From Oculatellaceae cyanobacterium bins.114 (GTDB lineage Bacteria; Cyanobacteriota; Cyanobacteriia; Elainellales; Elainellaceae), in assembly GCA_033764315.1 (NCBI GenBank), contig JANRJA010000095.1, positions 1 through 26,941 on the forward strand: 26,941 nucleotides of DNA, given 5' to 3'. The notes under the pieces are model-generated. The model was not told the DNA's origin. It did no database searches and saw nothing but the letters and a program-made list of their open reading frames with translations. Both the position numbers and the translations under genes were made by a program. Below are positions 1 to 9,920 of this stretch, piece by piece (position 1 is the stretch's first letter; the number at the start of each line of letters is the position of its first letter).

Positions 1-138
1 GCTGACGGTGGTGACGACGCTACGTTCCCAAAATCGTCCAGTGTTGGATTATCTAGTCGAGGCATGTCGTGCTGCTCGGCAAGGTCAGTCTGCTCCCTCC
101 CTACTACCTGCTGAAAGCACTACCCCCTGAACGATTAC
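1..138 (+). mobile_element. Right end of an IS66-family insertion sequence (single-ORF/ISBst12-like), truncated by the window edge
   Basis: Frame 2 encodes LTVVTTLRSQNRPVLDYLVEACRAARQGQSAPSLLPAESTTP* (stop 128..130), which resembles the C-terminus of cyanobacterial IS66 transposases. It is followed by ACGATTAC ending at 138; IS66 ends read GTAA...TTAC. An unrelated reading frame resumes at 139. Confidence 0.85.
2..130 (+). CDS. IS66-family transposase, C-terminal 42 aa (5' partial)
   Basis: Manual translation of frame 2, not in the ORF track. The ...R.LTV..TLR.Q.R.VL.YL..A...A.SLLP pattern was recognised from memory. Confidence 0.8.
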   Translation: MTVVTTLRSQNRPVLDYLVEACRAARQGQSAPSLLPAESTTP

Positions 139-813
139 GAAATTGGGGAGTTGTCACGCGCCTTTGCTAGCATGGCACACCAACTCAAAGCCGCCTTTAC
201 CCATTTGGAAGATCGGGTAGAAGAACGCACAACTGAACTGATTCGCTTAAATCAGGAATTACAACGGTTAGCCCAGGTCGATGGGTTAACTCACATTGCC
301 AATCGGCGGCAGTTTGATGTTTATCTAGAAAAGGAATGGCAGCGATCGCTTCGAGAACAGCAACCCCTAACGTTGATGCTATGTGATGTTGATCATTTCA
401 AACGATATAACGACACCTATGGGCACCAGGCGGGCGATCGCTGTCTGCAAGCGATTGCTCAAATGCTGACTCAGACTTTAAAGCGTCCTGCTGATTTGGT
501 TGCTCGATATGGGGGTGAAGAGTTTGCCATCATCTTGCCCAACACTGATGAAGAAGGCGGAATCCATCTGGCTCAAAGAATTCAGAGTGCTCTACAAGCA
601 TTGCAAATTCCTCATAAGTCCTCTGAAAAACACTACATTACCCTCAGCATTGGGATCGCTACCATGTGTCCTACGATTGGCGAAACCTATCAAATCCTGA
701 TTTTAGCGACTGACCAAGCCTTGTATTTGGCTAAAGCTCAGGGGCGCGATCGGTTTTGTGTGAGTGAGTTAGAGGAGATTAAAAATGGCCGGGAAAACAG
801 GATGGCGAGATGA
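139..813 (+). pseudogene. 3' fragment of an IS66-interrupted sensor diguanylate cyclase (HAMP C-terminal helix, S-helix, GGDEF)
   Basis: From 139 the frame reads EIGELSRAFASMAHQL (second HAMP helix, starting mid-domain at the IS end), then LEDRVEERTTEL (S-helix), DGLTHIANRR, DVDHFKRYNDTYGHQAGD, the RPAD I-site and an intact RYGGEEF active site. Confidence 0.85.
342..349. repeat. HIP1 octamer GCGATCGC (one example; dozens of copies across the window)
   Basis: Copies at 342, 434, 1169 and many more, in both coding and intergenic DNA. HIP1 over-representation is a cyanobacterial hallmark. Confidence 0.95.
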
Positions 814-916
814 TGAGGTGGAGAAATGGGGCATTTGTTGATGCCATCTACGCTCGACCCTCCCATGCACTCTACTGTGTATACACAAATCTTCTGATCT
901 AGTCTGGGCTGGGTTT

Positions 917-1000
917 GATCCTCCCTAACCCTCCTTAAAAAGGAGGGGATCGGACTCAAAATTCCCCTTGATCAAGGGAGACGGCGACAGCCGGGGGTGA
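917..1000. repeat. Double-hairpin intergenic element (cyanobacterial REP/SDR-like dispersed repeat)
   Basis: Hairpin CCCTCCTT-aaa-AAGGAGGG (929..947) and a perfect palindrome CCCTTGATCAAGGG (965..978), flanked by C-rich and G-rich ends. Confidence 0.6.
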
Positions 1001-1347
1001 ATTAAAGACATCCTCATATCAAATTGGGATGAGAATGGGACAGTGTACTTAAGTTGCGAAATGTTTTGAAACGTTAATTTTTACAGGACAAATCGGGGGT
1101 TTATTATCTCTAGAGGGATGTGTTTGTCCTGGAATATCGGTAGAATCTCTGATAGTTCTTTGGTTTGGGCGATCGCACCGTTAATACTGCTACGGTTATA
1201 AAATCAGTTTTCGCAAGTAACGTAGATTGTGAGGTTTCTAGATTGGGGATGTGACCTCAATGTCTCGATCACGTTTTGCAACAAAGCTGACGCAGTGTTT
1301 AGTGTGAGTGCTCAATGTTTATGATCTGGAGCGGTTGAGACTGAAGT

Positions 1348-2940
1348 ATGCAAAGTCTAACACTTCCTTTGATGCAGGCGGAACAGTTTCGCCAGCTTCA
1401 GAACCAGTTGCGCGATCGCTGGCAAAGCATTGATGAGTTTGACACGGGTGAATATGACGTATTGGTCATTCCGTCTCTTAGCCTCGATCAGCGAGAGCTA
1501 CACAAAGTGACGGGGATTCATCACTATGAAGAGCGGTTGCTGTTTTCTTTGATTCGGTTACGCAACCCCAATACACGCGTTATCTATGTCACGTCACAAC
1601 CCATTCATCCCAGTGTGGTTGATTACTACTTACAGCTATTGCCGGGGGTGCCCATCTCTCATGCCCGCAACCGCTTATTGTTGCTGTGTACCTATGATTC
1701 ATCGCTAAAACCCCTAACCCAAAAGATTCTAGAGCGTCCCCGGTTGATGGCTCGGATTCAACAGGTGCTCAGACAGGATAGTGCCTATATCACCTGTTTT
1801 AACTCCACTCATTTGGAGCGAGATTTGTCGTTGCAACTGGGCATTCCTCTGTTGGCTCTTGATCCAGATTTGCTTTATTGGGGCACCAAGAGCGGTAGCC
1901 GAGAGATTTTTCAGGATTCAGAAACTCCCCATCCCGATGGCAGTGAGTTGGTGCAAAATGCGGCAGATCTAGCAGCAGTAGCCGCCGATTTGTGGGAGCG
2001 ACAGCCGACCTTACAACGTATGGTGATCAAACTGAACGAGGGGTTTTCGGGGCAGGGCAATGCCTTACTCGATTTGCGATCGCTGCAATCGGTCGCTCCG
2101 GGTCATGCTTCCACCGCCAATCGCACAGAAGCGTTGCATCAACACTTTTGCAACCTCAGTTTTCAAAGCCGCACTGAAACTTGGGATAACTTCAATAGCA
2201 AGATTCCAGAACTGGGGGCGATCGCCGAAGCGTTTTTAGAAGGAGACGAAAAGCGATCGCCCAGTGTGCAATGTCGAATTACTCCTCACGGTAAGGTTGA
2301 AATTCTCTCAACCCATGACCAAATTTTGGGTGGCCCGGATGGACAAATCTTTTTGGGATGCCGTTTTCCCGCTGATGAAGCCTATCGCATGCGATTACAG
2401 GAATACGGCTATCGAGTGGGTAAAGTCTTGGCCGACAAGGGGGCTCTAGAGCGTTTTAGTGTTGATTTTTTAGCAAGACCTGATGCTGACGCTGAGGGCG
2501 GTTGGGAACTTCAGGCGATCGAGATCAATTTGCGTAAAGGGGGCACAACTCACCCATTTATGGCACTCAAACTGTTGACTCAGGGTTACTATGACCTTGA
2601 CACGGGCTTGTTTTACAGTCAAAAGGGTAATCCTAAATATTACGTGGCAACTGATAACCTCCAGAGCGATCGCTATATTGGTTTGTTGCCGGATGATTTG
2701 ATGGATATTGTGGCTCACCACCGTCTCCACTTCAACAGTGTCAGCGAAACGGGCAATGCATTTCACCTGATTGGTTGTCTGTCAGAGTTTGGTAAGTTAG
2801 GGCTAACCAGCATTGGCAACTCGCCCCTGCAAGCAGAGGAGTTATATAACCAGGTGGTGCAAGTTTTGGATGATGAAACGCATACTCCAGTGGCGTCTCT
2901 TGTCGCTGCAACACCTCCTCTCACCTGGAGTCATGGCTAG
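1348..2940 (+). CDS. Peptide ligase PGM1-related ATP-grasp protein
   Basis: 530 aa with YEERLLFSLIRL, WGTKSGSREIF, VIKLNEGFSGQGNA, SPSVQ, STHDQILGG and the ATP-grasp metal-binding motif EINLRKGGTTHP, plus a C-terminal GKLGLTSIG segment. Confidence 0.8.
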   Translation: MQSLTLPLMQAEQFRQLQNQLRDRWQSIDEFDTGEYDVLVIPSLSLDQRELHKVTGIHHYEERLLFSLIRLRNPNTRVIYVTSQPIHPSVVDYYLQLLPGVPISHARNRLLLLCTYDSSLKPLTQKILERPRLMARIQQVLRQDSAYITCFNSTHLERDLSLQLGIPLLALDPDLLYWGTKSGSREIFQDSETPHPDGSELVQNAADLAAVAADLWERQPTLQRMVIKLNEGFSGQGNALLDLRSLQSVAPGHASTANRTEALHQHFCNLSFQSRTETWDNFNSKIPELGAIAEAFLEGDEKRSPSVQCRITPHGKVEILSTHDQILGGPDGQIFLGCRFPADEAYRMRLQEYGYRVGKVLADKGALERFSVDFLARPDADAEGGWELQAIEINLRKGGTTHPFMALKLLTQGYYDLDTGLFYSQKGNPKYYVATDNLQSDRYIGLLPDDLMDIVAHHRLHFNSVSETGNAFHLIGCLSEFGKLGLTSIGNSPLQAEELYNQVVQVLDDETHTPVASLVAATPPLTWSHG

Positions 2941-2957
2941 TCTTGCAGCCAAAATTA

Positions 2958-3014
2958 GATTTTGGGCGTGATCGCGGCACAGGTTAATTGATTCGCGATC
3001 GCGCCCTTGAAAAT
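2958..3014. terminator. Probable bidirectional terminator between convergent genes
   Basis: GGGCGTGATCGCG (2964..2976) pairs with CGCGATCGCGCCC (2994..3006; one G-U pair), flanked by GATTTT and AAAATC. Confidence 0.55.
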
Positions 3015-3031
3015 CAATTCATACAAGCGAT

Positions 3032-4804
<1,773 letters not shown>

Positions 4805-5034
4805 TTAGAGCAAACAGATGAGCAGCAAGAAACCCACGATTCCAAGAGCGGATTCGGCAAAGAGAGCAAATTCTGAGTTAAAGCTAGAGTTGCTGCGTTC
4901 CATAAGACACCTGCTTTGGAGGATAGCTCTATCATCCAAAACTTCTTGAGGAGGATGGGTGATGCCTAACGCAGAACCCAGTGATCTTTAGCTCAACGTG
5001 AGGTGATGAGGTAGACGCAAGAGCATGATTTGGA

Positions 5035-5763
5035 TCACATTTGATAATTTACAATTCGAGCAAACCCCTCTGGAGAAAGGCTGGCACCCCCCACTAAAAC
5101 TCCATTAATCTCAGGTTGAGCCATGATCTCGTCAATGTTTTCGGGTTTGACTGAACCACCATATTGAATGGGTACAGCTGAGTTGCTGAGTTGGCTACGA
5201 ATTAGACCAATCAACCGATTGGCTTCCTTCGATTCACAGGTCTCTCCAGTCCCGATCGCCCAAATCGGTTCATAGGCAATGATCAAATTGTCTTGATTGA
5301 CCCCTAGCAGATCGTCCTTAAGCTGGCTAGTAATGACAGCCTCAGTTTCTCCTGCACTGCGTTGGTCTTTCGTTTCACCAACACACAAAATTGGAATGAG
5401 TCCGTGGTTTTGAGCATTTTTAAGGCGGAGATTGACAGTGTGGTCAGTTTCGCCAAAATATTGCCTGCGTTCGCTATGCCCAATGACGACATAACGCACT
5501 CCAAACTCAAGCAACATGGGGGCTGAGATTTCGCCTGTGTAGGCTCCGGCATCTTCCCAATGGACATTTTGGGCACCAATCTTGATTCGACTGCCGTGCA
5601 GATTTTTAGACAAGACGCCCAACGCCGTAAAGGGAACACATAAGACAATTTCCCGATCGTCGGGGGTCTCATTTAATTGCCCCAAAAATCCTTGAAGAAA
5701 CTCAAGCGTCTCTGCCTGAGTTTTAAACATTTTCCAGTTACCAGCAATGACAGTTTTGCTCAC
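5035..5763 (-). CDS. tpiA: Triosephosphate isomerase
   Basis: [29 protein letters not shown] and LVGGASL motifs; GTG start. Confidence 0.99.
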   Translation of the reverse strand: MSKTVIAGNWKMFKTQAETLEFLQGFLGQLNETPDDREIVLCVPFTALGVLSKNLHGSRIKIGAQNVHWEDAGAYTGEISAPMLLEFGVRYVVIGHSERRQYFGETDHTVNLRLKNAQNHGLIPILCVGETKDQRSAGETEAVITSQLKDDLLGVNQDNLIIAYEPIWAIGTGETCESKEANRLIGLIRSQLSNSAVPIQYGGSVKPENIDEIMAQPEINGVLVGGASLSPEGFARIVNYQM

Positions 5764-5991
5764 AAGTAGATGAATGTATAGTTCAAAACGATTAAGAATG
5801 CATCCTACAGTTTAAGGCTTAGAGGGATCAATCTATCATTTAGATCCGGTGAAGAGCTTTGTGTAGACACTTACCCTTTTCTCTTCTATTTGAGCTAATA
5901 TTTAGAGATTAATTAATTTTGCTTCCTTTAGAGTTAGATTTCAACTTGCAAACAATTGTTTCTAAATTGTAATTTATCTACTTTAATCAAT

Positions 5992-6092
5992 CGCTTCTAG
6001 GGTTTCGAGCCATTTGACCAGCGCCAATTGCCGCTTCAGAAGTGCTTCGGGTTTTCACTGTCAAAGGTCACTTCTATATTTCCAGGACAGAG
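5992..6092 (+). promoter_or_regulatory. Structured 5' leader of the response regulator (candidate cis-regulatory RNA)
   Basis: A GC-richer island follows an AT-rich promoter zone. CGCTTCT (5992..5998) pairs with AGAAGTG (6038..6044), closing a 39-nt internal region. It ends in TATATTTCCAGGACAGAG before the ATG. Confidence 0.4.
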
Positions 6093-6521
6093 ATGAGCGT
6101 GGATCTTTCCCCTACGTTTGGCTTACCCACCCATGTCAATCGTCCGTTGGTGTTAGCCGCCGATAGCAATGAAGACAACTTGTTATTGTTAGTTCATGCA
6201 CTCAATTTATTTGGCTATACCTGCATTAGCACCTTGAGTGGCGAAATGGTGTTGCAACTTGCTCGTTGCTATGAGCCTGATTTGATTTTGTTGGATGTGG
6301 TTTTTCCTGATTTAAGTGGCATTGAGGTCATCGAGCATCTTAAACAAGATGGAGTGACTCAGACTATTCCGGTGGTCGCGGTGACGACTTTGACCCAAGT
6401 CGAAGATCGAGAACGATTGTTGAACATGGGTTGTAAGGGCTATATGGATAAGCCCTACGACCTTGATGATTTAGAGGCTATGCTTCATCAGTTTCTGACT
6501 CAGATGCCTTCGGTTTCTTAA
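6093..6521 (+). CDS. Single-domain response regulator receiver (CheY/DivK-like)
   Basis: VLAADSNEDN, PDLILLD (phospho-acceptor Asp), IPVVAVT and YMDKPY; no output domain. ATG 6093, preceded by AGGA, is preferred to GTG 6042. Confidence 0.9.
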   Translation: MSVDLSPTFGLPTHVNRPLVLAADSNEDNLLLLVHALNLFGYTCISTLSGEMVLQLARCYEPDLILLDVVFPDLSGIEVIEHLKQDGVTQTIPVVAVTTLTQVEDRERLLNMGCKGYMDKPYDLDDLEAMLHQFLTQMPSVS

Positions 6522-6903
6522 TCTTTGGGTCACTGTTGACTCTGATTTGGGGTGGTTCTGACAGAATGGCGATGGTTCCTGTTCGTCCTGTCTCAAGTGT
6601 GGCATCACTCAGCAGATCAGTAACCTTGACTGCAACGATATCTTCGATCAGTTGAATAAGCTGAGGACGCAGTGCCTTATCTAAATCAACTCGAATCTGT
6701 TCTGCCAGTTCTTCTTGCCCTGAATTAGCGAGCAATAGTTCCGGTTGAGTGATGGCTTCCTCTAGGACAATCGCAATTTTTTCATCAAAGATTCGGCAAG
6801 ACACTTTAGTCGGTCGATGCCCTAATTCTCGACGATATAACGCTTCAATTCCCTGGGCGAGCGATCGCTCCAGTTGTCCACGAGTAGGGTCAGATGCCTG
6901 CAT
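6478..6903 (-). CDS. DUF2294 (MpsC-like) domain protein
   Basis: PTRGQLERSLAQ...LGHRPTKVSC...LEEAITQPE...DLLSDATLETGRTG pattern typical of cyanobacterial DUF2294 proteins. Confidence 0.85.
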   Translation of the reverse strand: MQASDPTRGQLERSLAQGIEALYRRELGHRPTKVSCRIFDEKIAIVLEEAITQPELLLANSGQEELAEQIRVDLDKALRPQLIQLIEDIVAVKVTDLLSDATLETGRTGTIAILSEPPQIRVNSDPKIKKPKASESETDEA

Positions 6904-7305
6904 AAACCTAAATTAACTTGATGAACTAACTTGCCAATAAAGCAATTTTTACAGGATTTTAAAAAAAAAGTGCAAAACTCATAAATTTTGGAACTTTCTG
7001 GTGAGTTTCTTTTTCATAGAAACTATCTGAATAGATGCATCAAGAAAAATTAAAATAACCTTGCTTAATAGGGACCAGTTGAGGTGTCATAGCCAAAACT
7101 GGCGGTGCTTACTGGGCAGTTTTGAGTATCTTACTCAATTTAAAGGAATTGATAGTCCTTTGGTCAGACATCCTGATTAAAGAGAAAAGGGACTGTATCA
7201 CTTATAGGTTTTGTAGGTCATGATCGTGTGACTTCTGCTAACTGTAGACGGGGTGCGATTTGTGTTGACAGAAACATTATTATTTCCACATTTTCGCTTC
7301 CGTTT

Positions 7306-8694
7306 ATGCGTGTTCCAACTGTTGCGTTTTATACTCTGGCAACGTTTACTGTGGCTGATTTAACACAAGCCGCGATCGCCAGTCCGACTCCTCCACCCTT
7401 AGATGCCAATGGCAAAGCGACGGAGCTGACTGAGGTTGAGGTAACTTTACCAGAGTCTATTGACTCTATCACTCCGCCTGAACCATTCATCACAGAATTT
7501 CCAGATCGGGCCTTTAACCAGGCTGGAGTTGACCCTCAACCTACCCTTAAAAGGAGTGTTGTGGGGGATGGAGCCTCGTTTGTGAGTGATTCACCTGATA
7601 TTTCGACATCTGATGGTTTGATGTCTGATGGTTTGACGTCTGATGTTCTAGCGTCTAACATTGCCCCACCTGAAGCTTTGCGGTCATTAGAACGAGTTAG
7701 AGTGCCTGAGCGATCCTCTAATCCTGATCTGGCTATACATGCGATCGCCCCTGATCTGCCGCCGCTAGTTGAGGCGATCGCCAGTGACGATTGGGTTGCT
7801 CCCTCGGAAACGGTTCCATCTCCTGATCTAGTGGCACTTGCTCAACCCCATCCAATCGAGACTCAAATGGAAATTGAGTTTCCGCTCTCGACATCGGCAG
7901 ATTTGTTGCGCGATCGCTCAACTTTGATGGCTCAATCGTCTGCCCCTTCAGAAGCTGAGATTGAAGAGTTGCAACAACAGTTGGAGTCACTTGAACCCGA
8001 TTTTTCAGATGACTATGGCAATGAATTTGAGGGGTCACCTGCGGTCACGATTTCTAACCCATCGGGTTTTGGAGCAGACAACTTTAGAGGCTTTGTGAAC
8101 TTTGGGTTTCAGTCAGAGACGCGCTATTCCGATCAGGCAGATGGCACGATGGGCATCGGTATTGGCTTAGGGGATGCTCAACGAGCCGTGGGGTTGCAGT
8201 TGTCTTATACCCTGGCGAGTTTTGGGGAAAATCGAGACTTTGGCACGGGTGGATTTAATGCTAAATTGCACCGCCAATTTTCTAATGGGTTAGGGATTGC
8301 TGTTGGCTGGGAGGGGTTTGCTACTACAGGCGAGGTGGACTTTGAGGACACTGTTTACGGCTCGATCACCCAAATCATTCGCACCAATGATGATCTCGAC
8401 GACGCATTTAGCCGCATCGCTTTAACCGCTGGGGTTGGTAATGGTCGGTTTCGCTCAGAGGATGCAGTGACGGATGACGAAGACACCGTAGGGGTGTTTG
8501 GCAGTATAGCGGTTCGGGTGGCTCGCCCCGTCAGTGCGATCGTAGAGTGGACAGGGCAGGATCTGGCAGTTGGTTTATCGATTACGCCGATTCGCGGGTT
8601 TCCTTTGGTGATTACACCTGCCCTACGCGACATTGCTGGGGCTGGAGATGGTGCCCGGTTTGTTTTAGGTACGGGAATTTCGTTCCAGTTTTAA
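7306..8694 (+). CDS. Predicted outer-membrane beta-barrel protein with a long acidic low-complexity N-terminal region
   Basis: Signal-like N-terminus MRVPTVAFYTLATFTVADLTQAAIA, about 220 aa rich in P/S/D/E, then about 220 aa of Gly-rich alternating strands. Ends in FVLGTGISFQF (terminal Phe, BAM-type signal). ATG 7306 is preferred to GTG 7228. Confidence 0.7.
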   Translation: MRVPTVAFYTLATFTVADLTQAAIASPTPPPLDANGKATELTEVEVTLPESIDSITPPEPFITEFPDRAFNQAGVDPQPTLKRSVVGDGASFVSDSPDISTSDGLMSDGLTSDVLASNIAPPEALRSLERVRVPERSSNPDLAIHAIAPDLPPLVEAIASDDWVAPSETVPSPDLVALAQPHPIETQMEIEFPLSTSADLLRDRSTLMAQSSAPSEAEIEELQQQLESLEPDFSDDYGNEFEGSPAVTISNPSGFGADNFRGFVNFGFQSETRYSDQADGTMGIGIGLGDAQRAVGLQLSYTLASFGENRDFGTGGFNAKLHRQFSNGLGIAVGWEGFATTGEVDFEDTVYGSITQIIRTNDDLDDAFSRIALTAGVGNGRFRSEDAVTDDEDTVGVFGSIAVRVARPVSAIVEWTGQDLAVGLSITPIRGFPLVITPALRDIAGAGDGARFVLGTGISFQF

Positions 8695-8717
8695 TGTCAA
8701 ACCTGTCAGGAGAATCG

Positions 8718-9251
8718 ATGAAATATACCAAGCGAACGCAGATTCAAACAAAAGGGCTGCATGGTTGGATGCTAGGTCTCTCGATTGCCAGTCTTTCGCT
8801 GGTTTGGAGTTTGGTTCAACCCGTCACCCCTGCCTCTGAGGTTCGGTTGGCTCAAGTGCCACCTAATCAATCAGATGTAACAGGGCCAGATGTAGGCAAC
8901 CTTCAAGGTCCAGATGTTCCTGGTGACTTTCCAGACGTTCCGGTTAACTTGGATGGGTTAGATTTGCTGCGAGAGATTATTGGGGATGAAACCGACCTGG
9001 ATGCGATCGCCCAATCCATTTCGCAAGCCCTCAATGAAGCCTATGAAGATTGTCGGGACTCCAATCAGGTGACTCAGACCAATAGCCCACGACGATTTGC
9101 TAGAGGGGCAACAGCACCAATCTGCACAGCCACCCCCAGTGCAGCCTGTCAGCGGCTTCAACAACTGATTCAAGAAACTCGAACTTTTATCAGCAATCAG
9201 CGGCAACTACAAGACCAGATTCGCTCAAATTCGCGAGTGCGGTTTTGGTGA
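8718..9251 (+). CDS. Secreted hypothetical protein
   Basis: RBS AGGAG at 8708..8712, basic n-region plus hydrophobic h-region, VRLAQ motif, PDV x3, three Cys in a helical C-terminal half. An alternative coupled start is ATG 8694 (TAATG overlap). Confidence 0.8.
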   Translation: MKYTKRTQIQTKGLHGWMLGLSIASLSLVWSLVQPVTPASEVRLAQVPPNQSDVTGPDVGNLQGPDVPGDFPDVPVNLDGLDLLREIIGDETDLDAIAQSISQALNEAYEDCRDSNQVTQTNSPRRFARGATAPICTATPSAACQRLQQLIQETRTFISNQRQLQDQIRSNSRVRFW

Positions 9252-9257
9252 AAAGAA

Positions 9258-9280
9258 GAAACGCGATGAATTGCGTCTGC
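9258..9280. repeat. Degenerate copy of the GAGACGCGATTAATCGCGTCT palindromic dispersed repeat
   Basis: GAAACGCGATGAATTGCGTCT matches the palindrome inside purK (26819..26839) at 18 of 21 positions. Confidence 0.65.
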
Positions 9281-9284
9281 TCTA

Positions 9285-9315
9285 AAGAGTAAAGAGTGAA
9301 GAGTGAAGAGTGAAG
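9285..9315 (+). repeat. Heptamer short tandem repeat (AAGAGTG)x4, STRR-like
   Basis: AAGAGTA AAGAGTG AAGAGTG AAGAGTG AAG, just upstream of the RBS of the next gene. Confidence 0.8.
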
Positions 9316-9338
9316 CAAGCAGAGAGGAGTCAAACTTG

Positions 9339-9920
9339 ATGAAAACTGGATTTCAAACTGTATTGGGAATGCTAATGGGAGTAACGGCGATCGCCCTGAC
9401 GACTCCCGCTTATGCTCAAGATCAGTTCAACAATGCTGCCATCTCATTTGATGTTGACACGGTGGTTGAGTTTGAGTTTGTCGAGTCACGCGGAGTCTAT
9501 CAATCGACGTTTGGCGTGATCAATTTAAACACGGGCGATCGCATCCCCCTGATTCGCGAAGTGCGTTCGAGCGATCGCGCCTCCACAGGCTTTTCTACGC
9601 TGGCAGATGACACAGGGACACCGGGTAACAGCGTATCCCAAGCTCTGGCGGAGTTTGAGTTTGAGGCAAATACGCCCTATGCCTTTTATTTAGAGTCGTT
9701 TTACAATGGGCAGCCCGCTGGAGTGTTCTATTCCATCGATGCTCGCAACTTGAATAACAGCCGACGCTTACGTTTTGAAGGAGATGCCTCAAATTTGGGG
9801 GCAGGCGGAGTTGTCATGCGATGGGATGATACGGGGTCATTGCTAGTGCCCCCTCAAGATCAAGATCGAGACTACAACGACTTCACAGTGCGGGCGGGCG
9901 GACATTTAGCCTGTCCCTAA
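9339..9920 (+). CDS. Secreted DUF4114-like beta-rich protein
   Basis: RBS GAGGAG, signal peptide ending [18 protein letters not shown], and C-terminal WDD...DRDYNDFTV, resembling the DUF4114 D-x-D-[FY]-N-D motif. Confidence 0.7.
   Translation: MKTGFQTVLGMLMGVTAIALTTPAYAQDQFNNAAISFDVDTVVEFEFVESRGVYQSTFGVINLNTGDRIPLIREVRSSDRASTGFSTLADDTGTPGNSVSQALAEFEFEANTPYAFYLESFYNGQPAGVFYSIDARNLNNSRRLRFEGDASNLGAGGVVMRWDDTGSLLVPPQDQDRDYNDFTVRAGGHLACP

Noticed and set aside
5860-5985. NtcA boxes in the tpiA / response-regulator promoter
   Set aside because: The GTA...TAC pairs seen have 6- and 7-nt spacers rather than the canonical 8.
5997-6092. Guanidine-I (ykkC) riboswitch, suggested by CTAGGGTTTCG
   Set aside because: The diagnostic 3' hairpin (GGGAUAAAAGCCCGGGAG-like) is absent and the downstream gene is not a typical guanidine gene.
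8547-8717. Long N-terminal extension of the 234-aa ORF
   Set aside because: It overlaps the barrel gene out of frame; a good RBS and signal peptide begin at ATG 8718.
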